A stretch of 64,000 bases of DNA from Enoplolaimus lenunculus (lineage: Eukaryota): positions 372,001 through 436,000 of the forward strand of contig JASANG010001881.1 of NCBI GenBank assembly GCA_030248215.1, written 5' to 3'. A program made the translations under genes and the position numbers. Shown here one piece after another: positions 25,701-38,651 of this stretch. The notes beneath the pieces are model-generated. The model was not told the origin of the DNA and made no database searches. It worked only from the letters and a program-made list of their open reading frames with translations. Position 1 is the first letter of the stretch; every line of letters begins with the position of its first letter.

Positions 25701-27774
25701 GGACACTGACGGACTTCGGCGGGCATCGCCGCACGACAAGAATAGCGCCATCCTCAGGATGGCAGGTTATGGTCCGTGTATTTTTGTTGCTTTTAAGTGC
25801 CATACGGTGTCGTAAGGCCTCATGCGGCATCTCAAACGCTTTTATTAATAAATTTTTTAATTTGTGGGCCGTCATCCTGTGCCGGACGGCATCACCATTA
25901 GGGTTGCGTTATACTTGACGTCTGGCGCAGTCAGTCCGTCACCGTGCGTCAACGGCGTCGTACGGGTGACGGAAGACGCCGTGCGAATGACGGAAGACGC
26001 CGTGCGAATGACGGAAGACACCGTGCGAATGACGGACGGCGCCGTACGTCTACAAAAGTATAACGCAACCCTGAGTTTGTTGGGCTAAAAAGTGGAAATA
26101 TTTGAAAATTCCGACATTGTTGTTTTTCGAATACCATTGAAATGTTTTTTGTATTTTAGCAAAAATTCAATTCACAACATCACTGTACAGATGCTGATTC
26201 GGCTCCGAATTTGGTGTTCGTTATCCGGAATCAATCTTTTCCGGTTCCGGCGTCTAATTATATTATTCAAATACCGTTCAGCCCGGTATGTTTCGCTTCC
26301 TAATTGACCGGTTTGCTATTGCATTGTGGGCGCATGGAGTAAGCATGCGCTGGAAGAGATGGAAACGGAGACTCTGGTGGGTCTAAGAGATTGAAACGCT
26401 TAGGTTTAGGTTTCGTGGGCGGGTCAGCATATTTAGCATAGGCCAGATTGTGCAATATTTAGTTGCACTTAATATATATACAAATATATAAATATATAGC
26501 AGTCAGAATTACGACCGCGTCTCTACCAAACGCATAGGTCTTTGACATTGGCTTGGTTGCGGTACACACCGGATGGATTCGGACGGCATTAAAATAGTCA
26601 AAAGGATATCGCCTTTGGAATTGAGAACCTGCTTTTGGATCCAGAGTGGTCCATTATTAAGGAGGATTGGTGGGAACCCCATACATAGTACATCAAATGT
26701 ATTTCGTTTATAGAAAATATTTTCTAAACAAATTGTAAATAATGCAATAACTCTAGCAATACCTTGGACTAAACTGCCTTAAGCCCTATTCACACGTGCA
26801 AATTTTGATGCGAGAACTTGCAGATGCCGATTGCACGCAAAACGTGCATTTTTTTATCAATTAATTTCGCGAACTTGCATGGTGGTTAACACATTTGAAC
26901 TAAATTTGCAGCTATGATTTTTAATGAATTATATTTACAACAGCAATTTTTTCAAACGGGGTTTTGGACAAAACTTACAAGCGCAAGTTGCAGCTGCAAG
27001 TCTGGCAGAAAAAACTTGCACGTGTGAATAGGACTTTAATCTTTAGCAAATTGTTTTCACATTTATTGTCAAAATTAGTATTTTTTAACATTAATTCTGC
27101 AATTAGTTTTTGTGTGCGCTCAGAATTGCACTACTTTCGGTCAATGTTGCTTTATTAAGACTGCCGTTATCCACGAGAGTATAACAGAATGTGATTAAGG
27201 TTTAGACCAACGTTTTGGTTAGACTTAAGCTTAACCTTCAGCTTTGTTCTAAACATACTTTCAGCTTTATTCTTTGCACCAAGGTGTAAGCTTACGCATA
27301 GGATTATGCTTATGATACTGTGGCCAATGTAAAGAACAGGGGCGGAACGGTATCATAAGCGTATTCCTAAGACTAAGCCTAAGCCTAAGCAGAGCAAAAA
27401 ATTAGTCTATAGCTTAAGCTTACACTATTGCAGTCCCACAGAAACACGTTCCGCCTATGATCTTTACATGGACCGATACTGTTGTGCCTCTAATTGTATT
27501 AACATTGGCTTGTTGTGATAAACTGAAGCTTACATGCTTACAGACTGCGACGATATGTACTCTTGGGATAAAACCCGGTCCCAACGATACAACCGACACC
27601 ATAATTCTTGGCGACCCATGGATTCGAAGTTGGTATCATGTCTTTGATTTTGGACATGAACGAATCGGCATTGCTCCAATTTACAACAGTTGTTTGTCAA
27701 ATTTCAAAGTGAATACTCGAACTAAATTTTGTATACTAATTTTGCTTGCATGCATCAACATTATCTTATTATAA
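19750..27774 (+). CDS. Pepsin/cathepsin-family (A1) aspartic protease homolog with degenerate catalytic motifs; signal peptide and hydrophobic C-terminus; about 427 aa, 9 exons
   Basis: Exons 19750-19823, 21034-21127, 21652-21796, 22357-22475, 23158-23363, 23977-24105, 25016-25175, 26160-26285, 27544-27774, with consistent phases. Motifs: YTIKVTIGSPPQSFELLFDTTSILVWIP, QPFGEA, FDGILSAG, PMFSLWM, GELILGGQD, AVINTTSPYIWVP, IILGDPWIRSWYHVFDFGHERIGIAP. Confidence 0.9.
19966..20180. mobile_element. Palindromic CACTG-ended MITE (GACTC-rich family)
   Basis: CACTGCGAAAAAA...TTTTTTCGCAGTA with a 2-bp TSD CA. Confidence 0.8.
20654..20922 (+). mobile_element. piggyBac-type MITE carrying a tRNA-derived A/B-box cassette
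   Basis: TTAA TSD on both sides. TIRs CCCCTTCTCACAT / ATGTGAGAAAGGG. A box TAGCTGAGTGG at 20811-20821 and B box GTTCGAATC at 20861-20869. Confidence 0.85.
24181..24357 (+). mobile_element. Complete non-autonomous mini-Helitron
   Basis: Inserted between A and T. Starts TCTATATATTAA, has the hairpin TTTGCGC-ATT-GCGCAAA 9 nt before the terminal CTAG, and has no TSD. The 5' end recurs at 38814 and (reverse complement) at about 15245-15290. Confidence 0.8.
24671..24932 (+). mobile_element. piggyBac-type MITE with tRNA-derived cassette
   Basis: CCCTTTCACTCAT...ATGTGAGAAAGGG|TTAA, with TAGCTCTGTGG..CGCCTCCCAC..GGGGTTCGAATC inside. Confidence 0.8.
25901..26071. mobile_element. GC-rich Harbinger-like MITE with an internal 21-bp tandem repeat
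   Basis: TIRs GGGTTGCGTTATACTT / AAGTATAACGCAACCC, flanks TTA/TGA, and about 3.5 copies of GACGGAAGACGCCGTGCGAAT. Relatives at 40814, 52159 and 63125-63302. Confidence 0.75.
26782..27035. mobile_element. Harbinger-like MITE
   Basis: TIRs AGCCCTATTCACACGTGCAA / TTGCACGTGTGAATAGGACT, with TTA on both flanks. Confidence 0.75.
27322..27474 (-). mobile_element. Telomere-repeat MITE inserted into the TIR of an older copy of the same family
   Basis: Perfect TSD GATACTGT. The flanks reconstitute ...GCTTATGATACTGT|TGTGCC..ACATTGGC. Confidence 0.85.
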
Positions 27775-27852
27775 AATGTATAACAGAAATATTTTAAATT
27801 TGACAGCTTTGCAAATTTAGCTTGCAGTTTCAAACTTTTTTGCTTTAATCCG

Positions 27853-28553
27853 CACTGTAAATTCCAATGAGTTGATTATATTGTAGTGACCCAAATAAGA
27901 GGGGAACTGATATTTATTTGGCCTCTCCAGAGGGTACCCCTCTTGTTATTCGGTTACGGACTGTTATTTATTTTTAACCCACGCTCCGCCGCCCTTCGCT
28001 ATTAATATTTATCCGGTACTCGAATTATCCGTTGAATCAAACGTTTATTTGTCTGGTGTCAATGGCTTGAGCGATAATACAAGATTACACTTAAGAATGT
28101 ACCTTCAAAATTTATGTACGCTTTAAAGTATCGAACTGAAATTATTTGGTCCTGGAGTCATTTATGCGCTACAATTAGGGTTAATTGACATTTGTGGACT
28201 CTAATTAGGGCTTAGGGACTCTTTCCGCTTACGGACTATTATTAGGGATACGGACTCCTGTTGATTCGGACTCAAAATGGAGACCCGATCTTATTACCGC
28301 CCCCCTCTTATTCGGGTCAATACAGTACTCAATTCAGCTAGGGAGATAGTTATGTCTAAATTAATATCAGTAAACATTAAGTCACTTCAGTTGAGTTGAT
28401 TCTCACGTTAAGTTGAGTTGACGCTGAGTGAGTTGGTTAATCAGTTCAGAAAGAATTGAATCTACTCAAAATTCTGAGTTCTGATAGTCCTAACTCAGAC
28501 TGAGTGGATTCAACTCATCCTGAGATAAAATCAACTCTCTGAAATTTACAGTA
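27853..28553. mobile_element. CACTGTAAATT-ended MITE (GAGTTGA-rich family) interrupted by a nested element
   Basis: CACTGTAAATTCC...GAAATTTACAGTA with a 2-bp TSD CG. An uninterrupted copy lies at 42377-42628. Confidence 0.8.
27881..28325. mobile_element. TA-flanked TIR element (CTGTAGTGACCC family)
   Basis: TIRs TTGTAGTGACCCAAATAAGAGGGG / CCCCTCTTATTCGGGTCAATACAG with TA flanks. Copies at 38921-39209, about 5262-5670 and about 35800-35945. Confidence 0.8.
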
Positions 28554-29251
28554 CGGACACTAAAAGAGATTCCACTGAAAGAAGTCGAAATTTGCTGCAA
28601 ATTTATAATCATCGACCATATTCACTCAAGTGTGTGTAGTACTTAGCACCAATCTGTGTCCATTTTCCACCACAGTGTGCAACAAGATATATTCTGTGTA
28701 CAAAAGAAGATGCTCAGGGCAACGTGGTGTTTTTGGCCTAACGCTAAACCCAATTATTTTGAGGCGTCATTTTACGGATTTTTTTCAATTTCACACGTTT
28801 AAATATTACCCTGTAAATGTTCACTCTGTTTTACTTTTAAAATTCATTGCGAATTCTACGTTTCAAAAATCAACTTCCCTTTAAATAAACAGAAGTCGAC
28901 CAAAAACACAACGACCGGTGGTACATTTTTTAAAACAGAATTCTTACTGCGTTGCACAAATTTGTAAGAGGAATCGTCGACACTGGGTATAATTTATGCA
29001 AATTTTGAACTCAACGATGGCGAGCCCAAGTATTCAACTTTGGATTCAAGTTACCCCAGCGCTGTGTGAAGTTTCTGTCCCGCATCTGTGGGAATTCGCT
29101 TGTTTGAGAACCGAATACTGTCTGTTGATAAGCGGATGCACAGTTAAGCATACGGCTGTCTGTTAAAATTGTGTACTGATAATCCAAGTTTCAATCTAAC
29201 CTTTGGTTCTCGAACAAGCGAACTGCAGAAAATGAAGATCTGATCAGTGTA

Positions 29252-29472
29252 GTCTGCAAAAAATGGCGAATCAAATTGACTCTCTTCGAAATTTACTTTT
29301 CCGGACTACACAAACTGCGTCAATTTCGTCTTCGCCTGAGTCACATTCGACTCACCCGAGTCGCTCTGTGAGTCGAATCTGACTCTGGCGGAGTCGAATT
29401 GTGACTTAGTTTGTGTAGTCCCGAAAAGCCTATTTTGGAGATAATCAATTTGACTCGCCATTTTTTGCAGTG
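29252..29472. mobile_element. Palindromic CACTG-family MITE (GACTC-rich)
   Basis: Homologous to 19337-19545. The right end is TTTTTTGCAGTG. Confidence 0.75.
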
Positions 29473-30900
29473 TAATATTAACACCAAAATTGTGCTAAAT
29501 TTCGAAACTCACTGTTCGTTAGTAACACGATTCATTGCCAGCTGGTGATAGCTGCTGAGATGCTTTTGAAGAAACAGGCACTGGTCAGTTTCCTCAATTA
29601 TCTATAGCACCTATCATCAGCTAGCGATAGCTTTTGAAGCAAATGCGAAATGCAGCGTAAGCAAACGTACTGCAATGGGCGGAGTGGATTAAAAATTGTT
29701 TACAATTTTATCACAAATCTACAGGTTTAATTAACATTGCAAACCTGTTTTCAATTGGAGATGGGCTATCAAAGATGTCTTATTTTCCTGCCAACACAAT
29801 TGAGGCGGCGTGCAAATATTCACCGGGTTTTCTAAAATATTAAAGAAAAAATAGCGGATGTATGGAATTTTTTAAAATTTTAAATCAACTTTGTAATTTT
29901 TAATTTATTTTGAACAGAACGTAAAAATAACAAAATTTTCGTTATTTCTATAACCAAAACGGAAATAAACACCGAGTTTTTATCGGAAACGGATATCCGG
30001 TTAAATATTACACCATAGTTATAAGTACTTAAGAATTGTGGAGAATATTGCCTTTCAAAGCAGAAAAAGTGGAACTTGGGAAGATTTTTCGCATTCATGT
30101 TACAGATTAATAAATGCAATTAGAATAATTTTTCATTGCTGTACATCTGATGAAATGAAATGACCAAAATAAGCAAAATTAAGATTAAAACATTAATTTT
30201 TGCCATTTATAAGGTTTTAAAATAAATTTATTGAGTTTATTACAAGACAATTACAGGCAAGCTGAAAGTTCAAATATTTCCTCAAAGTTTAAAAACATAT
30301 TGACTGATACAATTATTGAAAGCACAGAAAACTGACTGAAATTTTGAATGAAATCTTCCATACTCAGTAAGGACCAGGGGGTGTAAACGAATAGTAAAAA
30401 TAATGGAAACGGAAACGAAAAACAGATATTGAAGTATAAAAGTTTTAAAAATGTTTCAGTTTTCTGTCAACATAATTCAGGCGTGCATATTTATTTATTG
30501 ATTTTTTAAATATTAACGAAAAATGACAGATACATCGAAATTAAATTTTTAAGATTTTGGATGAATTTTGTATCTTTTTTCATTTCCAACATTTGTAGCA
30601 TATCTGTAATGAAAAATTGCGAGATATATAAGCGATTTTTACAACTAATTTTGAACGTAAAAATAACACATTTTCTATTATTTCTATAACCTAAACGGGA
30701 CGCGGAAAAGCAACCGATTTTTACCGGAAACAGAAAAGGATATCCGCTTAAACAGTGCCAGGGACCCAAATACCACAGGACGTTGATATTTAATTTTATC
30801 AGTGGTGGATTACCTCTGTTGCTATTTGGTTATTAAAGGTTTATTTGGGCAGTTCCAATATTAAATATTATTTTGTTAAATAATTGAAAAACTAAAAATG

Positions 30901-33025
30901 TTAAATTTTAACAAAAATCGTCGATATCAAAGCCGGAATCAAGCACAACGCTCCGGTTGCTGCTCCAAGCATAACGCTTGATTTTCCTTTTGTTGTTGTT
31001 GATAAGTGCGTTGTCGTTGTTGTTTTTGCTGTTGTTGTTGTTTTTGTTGTTGTTGTCGTTGTTGTTTTTGCTGTTGTTGTTGTTGTCGTCGTCGTCGGTT
31101 TTTCAGTTGTTGCTGTTGTCGTTTTTGATGTTGTCACTGGTGTTGTCGTAGATGTTGTTGTTGTTGTTGCTGATGTTGTCGTTGTTGCTGTTGTTGTTGG
31201 TTCTGTTGTTTGAGTTGTTGCCAATTTTGTAGTTGAATTGCGGATAACGGACATGGGAACACCTGTTTTTGTACCAGAAGTTTCCGTTTTATATCCGGTT
31301 GTTGCGTTTTGATTGTCCTGTAGCCCGTTTCGACGATAATTGATGTAATCGTTGTTATGTTTGGCCTGAAATATACACATAAAGCGTGATATATATCTTT
31401 ATATGTGTGTGTTTGTGTGTGCCCGTGTGTATAATATGGATTGGTGTATATAGAACTGAAACAAGATATTTGCTCCAAAATTATTGGTCGTAGAACCTAA
31501 AACAAGCTTTATTTGTTGCAGTCACAGTTGTTTAGGTTATCCAGAACAATTGGCGTCTACATCAATCAGTTGCCAATGGGGTTAAGAGCTGAGATGCATT
31601 TTCAGACTTTGGTGGACAAAAATGGAAAAAAATGCGCTTTAAGCTGATTCGTAATTGTTTTAAAGCTGTTTCTTCAACAGCGAGTTGAAACACCGAAAAG
31701 TTCTAATTTGTTGCATAGGAAGCATGACCAATGTCACTTTTAGGGCCGTACCTGTAGATTAACTATACGCCAGAAGTTAAGCCTAAAGCTTTGAAAAAAG
31801 TGTAAAGCTAAGAGCCTAAGCCTGAGCAAAAAATATAATCTAAATTTAAAGCCTGTAGACCCGGTAGAAAAACGGCATGGCTATAAAAGTAACGGCCTAT
31901 GTAAAGATCAGGGGCGGAACAATTTTCTGTGGGACTCCAATAGAGTAAGCTTAAGCTTTAGACAAACTTTTTTGCTTAGCTTAAGCTTATGCTTAGGCTT
32001 AGGCTTAGGAATATGCTAATAATACTGTTCGCCCCTGTTCTTTACATTGGCCAAAGTAACAACAGCTGATCGCTGGCAATACGATTTTTAATTCTATAGA
32101 AACAATTTATACAGACTGAAACAAACTGTTTCCGAGTTTGTACTGAAGAAATATTTAAAGGAATTTTGATTAAACACACCTAACCCAAATCGAAAATATT
32201 TTATTCTGCATATATTTAATTTTGATTATTTACCAAAAACAAGCCAAACTAAAACTAGGCTTAGTTTTACCCCCTCTTTTAGGCATATCACACAAATCTA
32301 AAACAAAGGCACAACGGCCTTTTAGGCCTACCATAGACTGGGCTTAAATTTAGGGTTACACTTAAGCATTTATACGCTTAGACGTAGATTCGCGATTTAG
32401 GTTTAGGCTAAGGCTTAGATTTTAACTTCGAGTTCAGGTCAATATTTTATTAGGTAACAGAATTGAAGTTTAGGAGTTCCCACTTGCTTAGGGACCAGAA
32501 ATTAGCAAAAAATATTCTCCATAATCTTTGATATTTTAACGTCATTTGTTAAATGTATAACTGTTATTACTTACCCTGGCATCGCGATTGCTATATCTGA
32601 AATTGTAATCCATTTTAGAAATATATAGAATTAGAAAATTTAGCCAATGCATAGAACAAAGACGTAACAGTAGTATAACTATATTCTTTAGCCTAAGACT
32701 AAGTGTAAGAATGAGATTGGTTAAGCAAAACATTAATCTAAAGCTTAAGCCAGCTTTATTGCAGTCGTACAGAAATACGTTCCGCCTCTGCTGTTTACAT
32801 GGGCCTATTTTATTGAATGAAACTTTTAGGAATTGCGCTTCAATGTTAAGTGTTTCGGCTGCATTTTTTCTAAACAGAATGTTCCCAGTTGCATACTCTT
32901 GTCTTTGTGATCAGCCACTCGTCGACAAGCCAACCTATGAAAACATGCGTGATATTTGTTTACCTCGACGCTTCTGTCGCAACAGTCAGAATAACGGAAA
33001 CCAGCAAAATTGTTAGTATCTTCAT
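30901..33025 (-). CDS. Secreted Thr-rich mucin-like protein, probably GPI-anchored, about 182 aa, 3 exons
   Basis: Exon 33025-32964 encodes the signal peptide MKILTILLVSVILTVATEAS. Exon 32596-32575 is a 22-nt microexon. Exon 31365-30901 encodes a poly-Thr stalk and the C-terminus KGKSSVMLGAATGALCLIPALISTIFVKI. Phases are consistent. Confidence 0.8.
31894..32052 (+). mobile_element. Telomere-repeat MITE (subfamily 1) inserted in the end of a subfamily-2 copy (from about 31727)
   Basis: Perfect TSD AAAGTAAC, which is part of the host TIR sequence. Confidence 0.85.
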
Positions 33026-35435
33026 GATTGAACGGTTTATCGTGACAAAATATATTATTTATTATTTAAATTTAAAACGTTAAGCCAAGATTTTCATAAG
33101 CCGGTTTATTCTTAAATGCCTACTAATTGTTCAATTGACCTTCAGACATCCCGAAATTTTCGATAAATAACAATCCCGGATATTTCTAAATCAGTTCGGC
33201 TTTAAGCAGGTTAAGCTTGCATCGAGAAAGCTATTAAGGATTTTTAACTTTTGAAAATTTCACGCTGGTTTTCTAATGAATTTAACAATTTAGCATTTGC
33301 TAATTTGTGTATCTTTTCGGGAAGAACGGGACGGACATGAAAATGTCGGGTGATCAAAATTCCTTGCAAGCGCCGTACTTTTGATATCATCGACCGGTCC
33401 TATCAATTGTGACTAGCACATTTGATAAGAGACCTTGTATCACATTTATCAGCGATCGTCTGATAGATACGGTGACTGGATCGAACCGCGGACCGGTCCG
33501 TCACGGACCGACCTTGGAACGAACAGAACCGCAGCATTGAATGGTCCGGACCGCCGAGTTATTTTCGGACCGGTCCAGTCCGGCACACATTACTGGACGC
33601 AAGTCTGAGATTGCCATTATTAACCAAGAAATGGTAACAAACGCCAAACTTTTGGGTTCTTAATAAATCATCAATTTGGTTGCAATATTTGCAATAAAAG
33701 CAAAAATTTTTGTTGCAAAAATGTCACAACGCAACTAAAAAAATTTTATTGAGCAAAATATGAACGAAATCTACACAATTTTCTACTTAAAAGTATAGAG
33801 ATATTGATTTGAAGATGCATCAGCTGGAACAGCGCTCAAAATACGCATATGGGACGTTCTCGCTTTTATTGTATACATTTCTCAGCTCAGTGTCTGCCAG
33901 TTGCTATTCCAGCGTTTAGCTGCCATGTGTAATATCCGAAACTAAATTTAATATTTGCTATACACATTTGAGAATACGACTGCAAACTGTATGCAGTTTG
34001 ATAGAAAATTTAAATAATAAATAAATATTTTGCCTATTTTTCCAATAACTCTTATCGGTGTTATAAATTTCTGGTATAATATTTCAAAGTCTAAAAGTAA
34101 AATTCATAATCAGACCTGAACTGTATAGCATGCAGCGACGTAGTGGATAGGGTTTACTGCAAATAGATGTCTCCAAAATTACGGAAATTTCAAAATTACT
34201 ATGTTGGTTAACTCAAAAATAACCAATTTACTTAAAAAGATTACAAAAATTCTCTCACTCGCTTGTATTAACAACAATTTAATGTTATTCAAAATGAAAC
34301 CTTGACTACGCCTGGTGGTACGCATCCAATTAACCATCTTTACTTAATTTATTGCTTAGCACGTGAGATTGTGAAATATTCAACTAAAACAATGCATAAC
34401 GTCGTCTATTGTTCTAAATGTTTTGTCTAAAATGTTTAGTAAAGTTTTCAATGATTCGGCGTTTTGGCAATTAAATATTAAACAATAGAAACTTTCGACC
34501 TATACTAAATAAAATAGGGTTTGGCTTACTTAGCTAAAGCTTAAACCTAATCATAATCTTAAGCCTAAGCCTAAGATTTCCATTATTGATGTATCCCTGA
34601 TTGTCAATGAACATACCACTGTTTTAATATCCTAACTTTGTATTAAGCCCCCATTCGCAGGTAACACGGGACGAAAACATTACTTAAAAGCGTAATATTT
34701 GAACACAATAATAAGTACGATCAATGTTATTTTTAGGGCCGTCTGTAGATTCACCTAAACCAATTCCTAAGCATAAGCCTATAAGCGTCAGCGTAAGGTT
34801 AAACTTAAATCAAACTTCGATCCTAAGCCTAAACTTTAGTCTAAACGTGGAAACTAGTCTTACAATCAATATACATTAACGGTGCCACACCGATTAAATG
34901 TTGCAGTGCAGTATAGAATCCTTTGTCTCACGAATTTAGCAACGGGATTTATATAGCGGACTACTGGTTTGCTGTGCCTACGAATTCTGGTTAATATTCC
35001 ACCCTTGGACAAATCATTGAGATGCGTTCAACGGTTCGCTGTAGCTTTCCGAGACCCTTTAGAATTGGAACTTTTTAAGGCTCATTCGTGGTTTGAGTTA
35101 TTTGATAACATTACGTCTTCACCAACCAATCCCTTTCGAAATAGGAATTAAGCCGTTTGAACTGCTTAGCTGACCCTGGGAAATTTTGCCATTAAAACAC
35201 TGACAATTATTTGTTCATAAACATTTTTTGTTTTTAGTTTAAGCCTAAAACTAAGACATTATCCAAAGCCTAATCTTAAGTCTAAGCATACCGTCTATGC
35301 TGGCTTTTTTAAAACAATTGAGTAAGATTAGCAGTCTTTAGCCAAAAGATACTGAAGTTGATGCAATTGGTTCGAATTAATCAAATTATTATTACTAAAT
35401 TGATTCGTTGGCGTGTTTTATCTTGTTTAAAGGTC

Positions 35436-35597
35436 GGTCCATGTAAAGGCCACGGGCCGAACGCTTTTCTGTGGCACTGTAACAGAGTAAACTTAAGCTT
35501 TAGACTATTTTTTGCTTGGCTTACGCTTAGACTTTGGCTTAAAAATATGCTAATTTTTACGCTAAGGCTTAGGCTTCTCGTGTTCTTTACATTGGCC
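35436..35597 (+). mobile_element. Telomere-repeat MITE, subfamily 1
   Basis: GGTCCATGTAAAGG...GTTCTTTACATTGGCC with the family core. Confidence 0.75.
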
Positions 35598-37336
35598 AAA
35601 AGGGTCGATCGTAAACTGCACAATTCAGTATGCACAAATGAACCCATTCCTGCATACGGTATTCTATGAGCAATTCTGTGCAAACTGTGTGCACGCGAAA
35701 TAATTAACACTGCGCAAGTCAGGAATTAAAATGCAAATGTAAAATTAGGCCTTACAGCTGAATTCAAAAATATTCAAATGAGAAATGGTCAAAAGTTTCA
35801 TGACCCCAAACCCCATTTTGAGTCCCAATTAATAGAGTCCTTAAACCCTTGTTAGAGTCCATAAATGTCTATTATCCCTAATTGTAGCGCATAAATGACT
35901 CCATGGCCAAATAAAGGTGAGTTCAAAACTTTAAAGCGTGCTTGTACTATTGTGTATAAAACAGAGAAATAAACAGCATAGAACAGCAATTGACACTATA
36001 TAATTTTTGTCGAGATGCTGTTGGGGGGGCCACGGCCGGGGCAGCCCCCATGGATTCGCCACTGTTTAGGGGTGTAAAGGTTTCTGGTGAGTCTATAAAA
36101 GGGTGGGTTTAGATTCTAGATTACATTTTTTGCTTAGGCTTAGGCTTAGTTTTAGGCTTAGGATTAGGAATACGCTTAATCTACTGTTACGCCACTTAAA
36201 GTAACATTGGCCGAAATGCAAATAGAGTTTGTCGTTAGACCAACGCGGTAGAAAATTTTAATAGCGATTAAACGCAAACAATACTTAAGATTCTAAAATT
36301 CAATCTTTTACATAACCATTACAGGCTCAATCAACAATAATTTTGGAAATATTTTAAAGACGGCCAAAGTTCTCTTTGAAATAATTTCTGAAAAAACCAA
36401 GAAAAAAACTGTTAATTTTTAAAAACCTGTATAAAAGTTCAAAAATACTTCTTGTTCGCAACGCTTGTTTGCAAATACATCCATCAAGATATACGGTTCG
36501 GAAATGCGATACACGCAACATTAACATTTTTCGGTCGCCATCCAATAACGCATAATAACCGTTATTGCTTGGGTTTTGGGTAACTTTTTACAAGGTGACG
36601 TTGTCAACACAAATATAAGGAAAATTATTTCATGCAATTTCAAACCAGGATGTATGGCGCCACCAAGTGGTGGAATAAAGTAAACACACATTGATAAAAA
36701 TTTAATATTTTAGTATTTAGGTTTCCCAATCCTGTAGTGGTTCAAATTTTGCTTTTCATTGGCAACTTTTCATTTTTGACAACGTTTATGAATATAAAAT
36801 TGGTAAATTAAATAATATTTAACTATTAAATTTCGCCGCTTCGTCTCCGGTTTCACTTCCGGCCTCAGCTCCTGCAAATTTTGTCAACCTCCGGTTTCGG
36901 TATTTTGATCTGTATACAAACAGTACCGTGTTTAATACAATGGTCGATTGGGTGTACCAAGAGTCGATGATGACACTTTTACAGTGTACAACTGGACATA
37001 TTCTGTGTAGAAAACAAGATACCCGGCACACGTGGTTTTTTTGCCTTACCCCCTTATTTAGATGGGGTACAACCGGCGCGAACCATGTCACTTTATGTAT
37101 GCGGTGTCAAACATGCTTCCGTTATTGTTTAATTTAGGGATATTCATGTGATAGCGACCCCCTCTAAACAAGGGGGGGTCAATTACACTCTGGGTAATGA
37201 ATTTATAAAGGGACAAATTGCAAACGGTGCCTTGGGGGATTTAACCTTTGAAACAGATTCATTCAACTTGACAGCCTGGAAAAGACCGTTTCTTGTTTAA
37301 TCCGACTTGTCCGTATAACCATATTTATATAATGTA

Positions 37337-37489
37337 CACTTCAAAAAATGGTGAGTCAAATTTATTCTCGCCGAAATATGCGCACGGGACTACACAAACT
37401 GCGATTCAGTGAGTCGAACGTTTCACTCTGGCGGAGTCGAATTTGACTCTTCGGAAGGAGTCAATTTGCCTCACCGTATTTTTGCAATG
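37337..37489. mobile_element. Internally deleted CACTG-family MITE (GACTC-rich)
   Basis: Homologous to 19337-19545, with TA flanks. Confidence 0.7.
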
Positions 37490-38390
37490 TATATACGCTA
37501 AAATCTTTTGAAATTTTATAAAAAAATTACAATTTGTGAACACAAATCGCACTTAAATTTCATACTTAAAGTAAAGAATACGAAAAATAATATGTTTCAG
37601 CGTAAATCGCTTTTAGTCGGCGTATCATTTGTGGGCAAAATTTCATATTTGGTAGCGGTGAATAGTACAAACAACCAATTTAATGTCAAAGATGATTCAA
37701 AAATAAAACACCAACAAAACTGCTATAATTTACCCGTTGAGCAGATTTTCAAATTTTAATTTTTGCTAACAAAAGCACCGGTTTCTGTTCGCTTCCAACA
37801 CATTTAAAAGTAAGGATTAGGCTTAGACTCATGTTTTAGGTTTAGAAAAAGCACAGGTTTAATTAAACTTTGGCTTTCTATAACTAAGCCTAAGTCTCAA
37901 CCTGAGCTTCTGAGGCTGTAAACAGGAAAGGCTACAACCGCAAAAGCATCTATTTTGAGCTACATTTCAGCTAAAATACTATGTAGGATTTGTCGTTAGG
38001 GCAGTGCCTGAGAGCCACATTGTCATTGGCCAACGAGAAATTCTAAGGCGCCACTTATCTGCAACCTCTGATCCATCCAGTCTGTACAATATTTCTTCTT
38101 TACAAATCTTATTTAATGTATTTATGTTGCCCTAAACGTAAGGTAATATATTTTATATCTTTCCGTTGCCATTTTATATGCAACCTATTGCATCCGAGAT
38201 GCCGTAGGGTAGGCTAACAGTGTTTGTTAAATGCGCCGATTGGCTGGCCGGATTGCTCGAGGCCGAAGGCTGAAAGCTTCATACAGCCAGGTGGACTTTG
38301 ACAAAAAATGTTTTCATGCCTTAGTGACGTTGTTAAAAATTAAAAAGGTAAATGCCGAGCGCAAGGACGATACAACAATTATTACTTTAA

Positions 38391-38651
38391 CCCTTTCTCA
38401 CGTGAATATTTTCAATTTCATATTAGATGTAACTTCAAGGTATAATTCGAGCGCCAGCCTCACGGATATATGGCGTTTACGATGACCACTAAGTAATAGG
38501 AGTTTGACGCTCGAGCCCGAGTAGGCTCTCACGTCTTGTGGAGATTTTGCACTGCGCATATGTTATAAATGTTAAGCACTGCTCACAGTTTGTGCATCAC
38601 TCGTGCATTACTGTATTAAGTTGATCAGAGTATACTCTATGAGTGAAAGGA
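38391..38651 (-). mobile_element. piggyBac-type MITE with tRNA-derived cassette
   Basis: TTAA|CCCTTTCTCAC...; reverse complement of 24671-24932. Confidence 0.8.
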
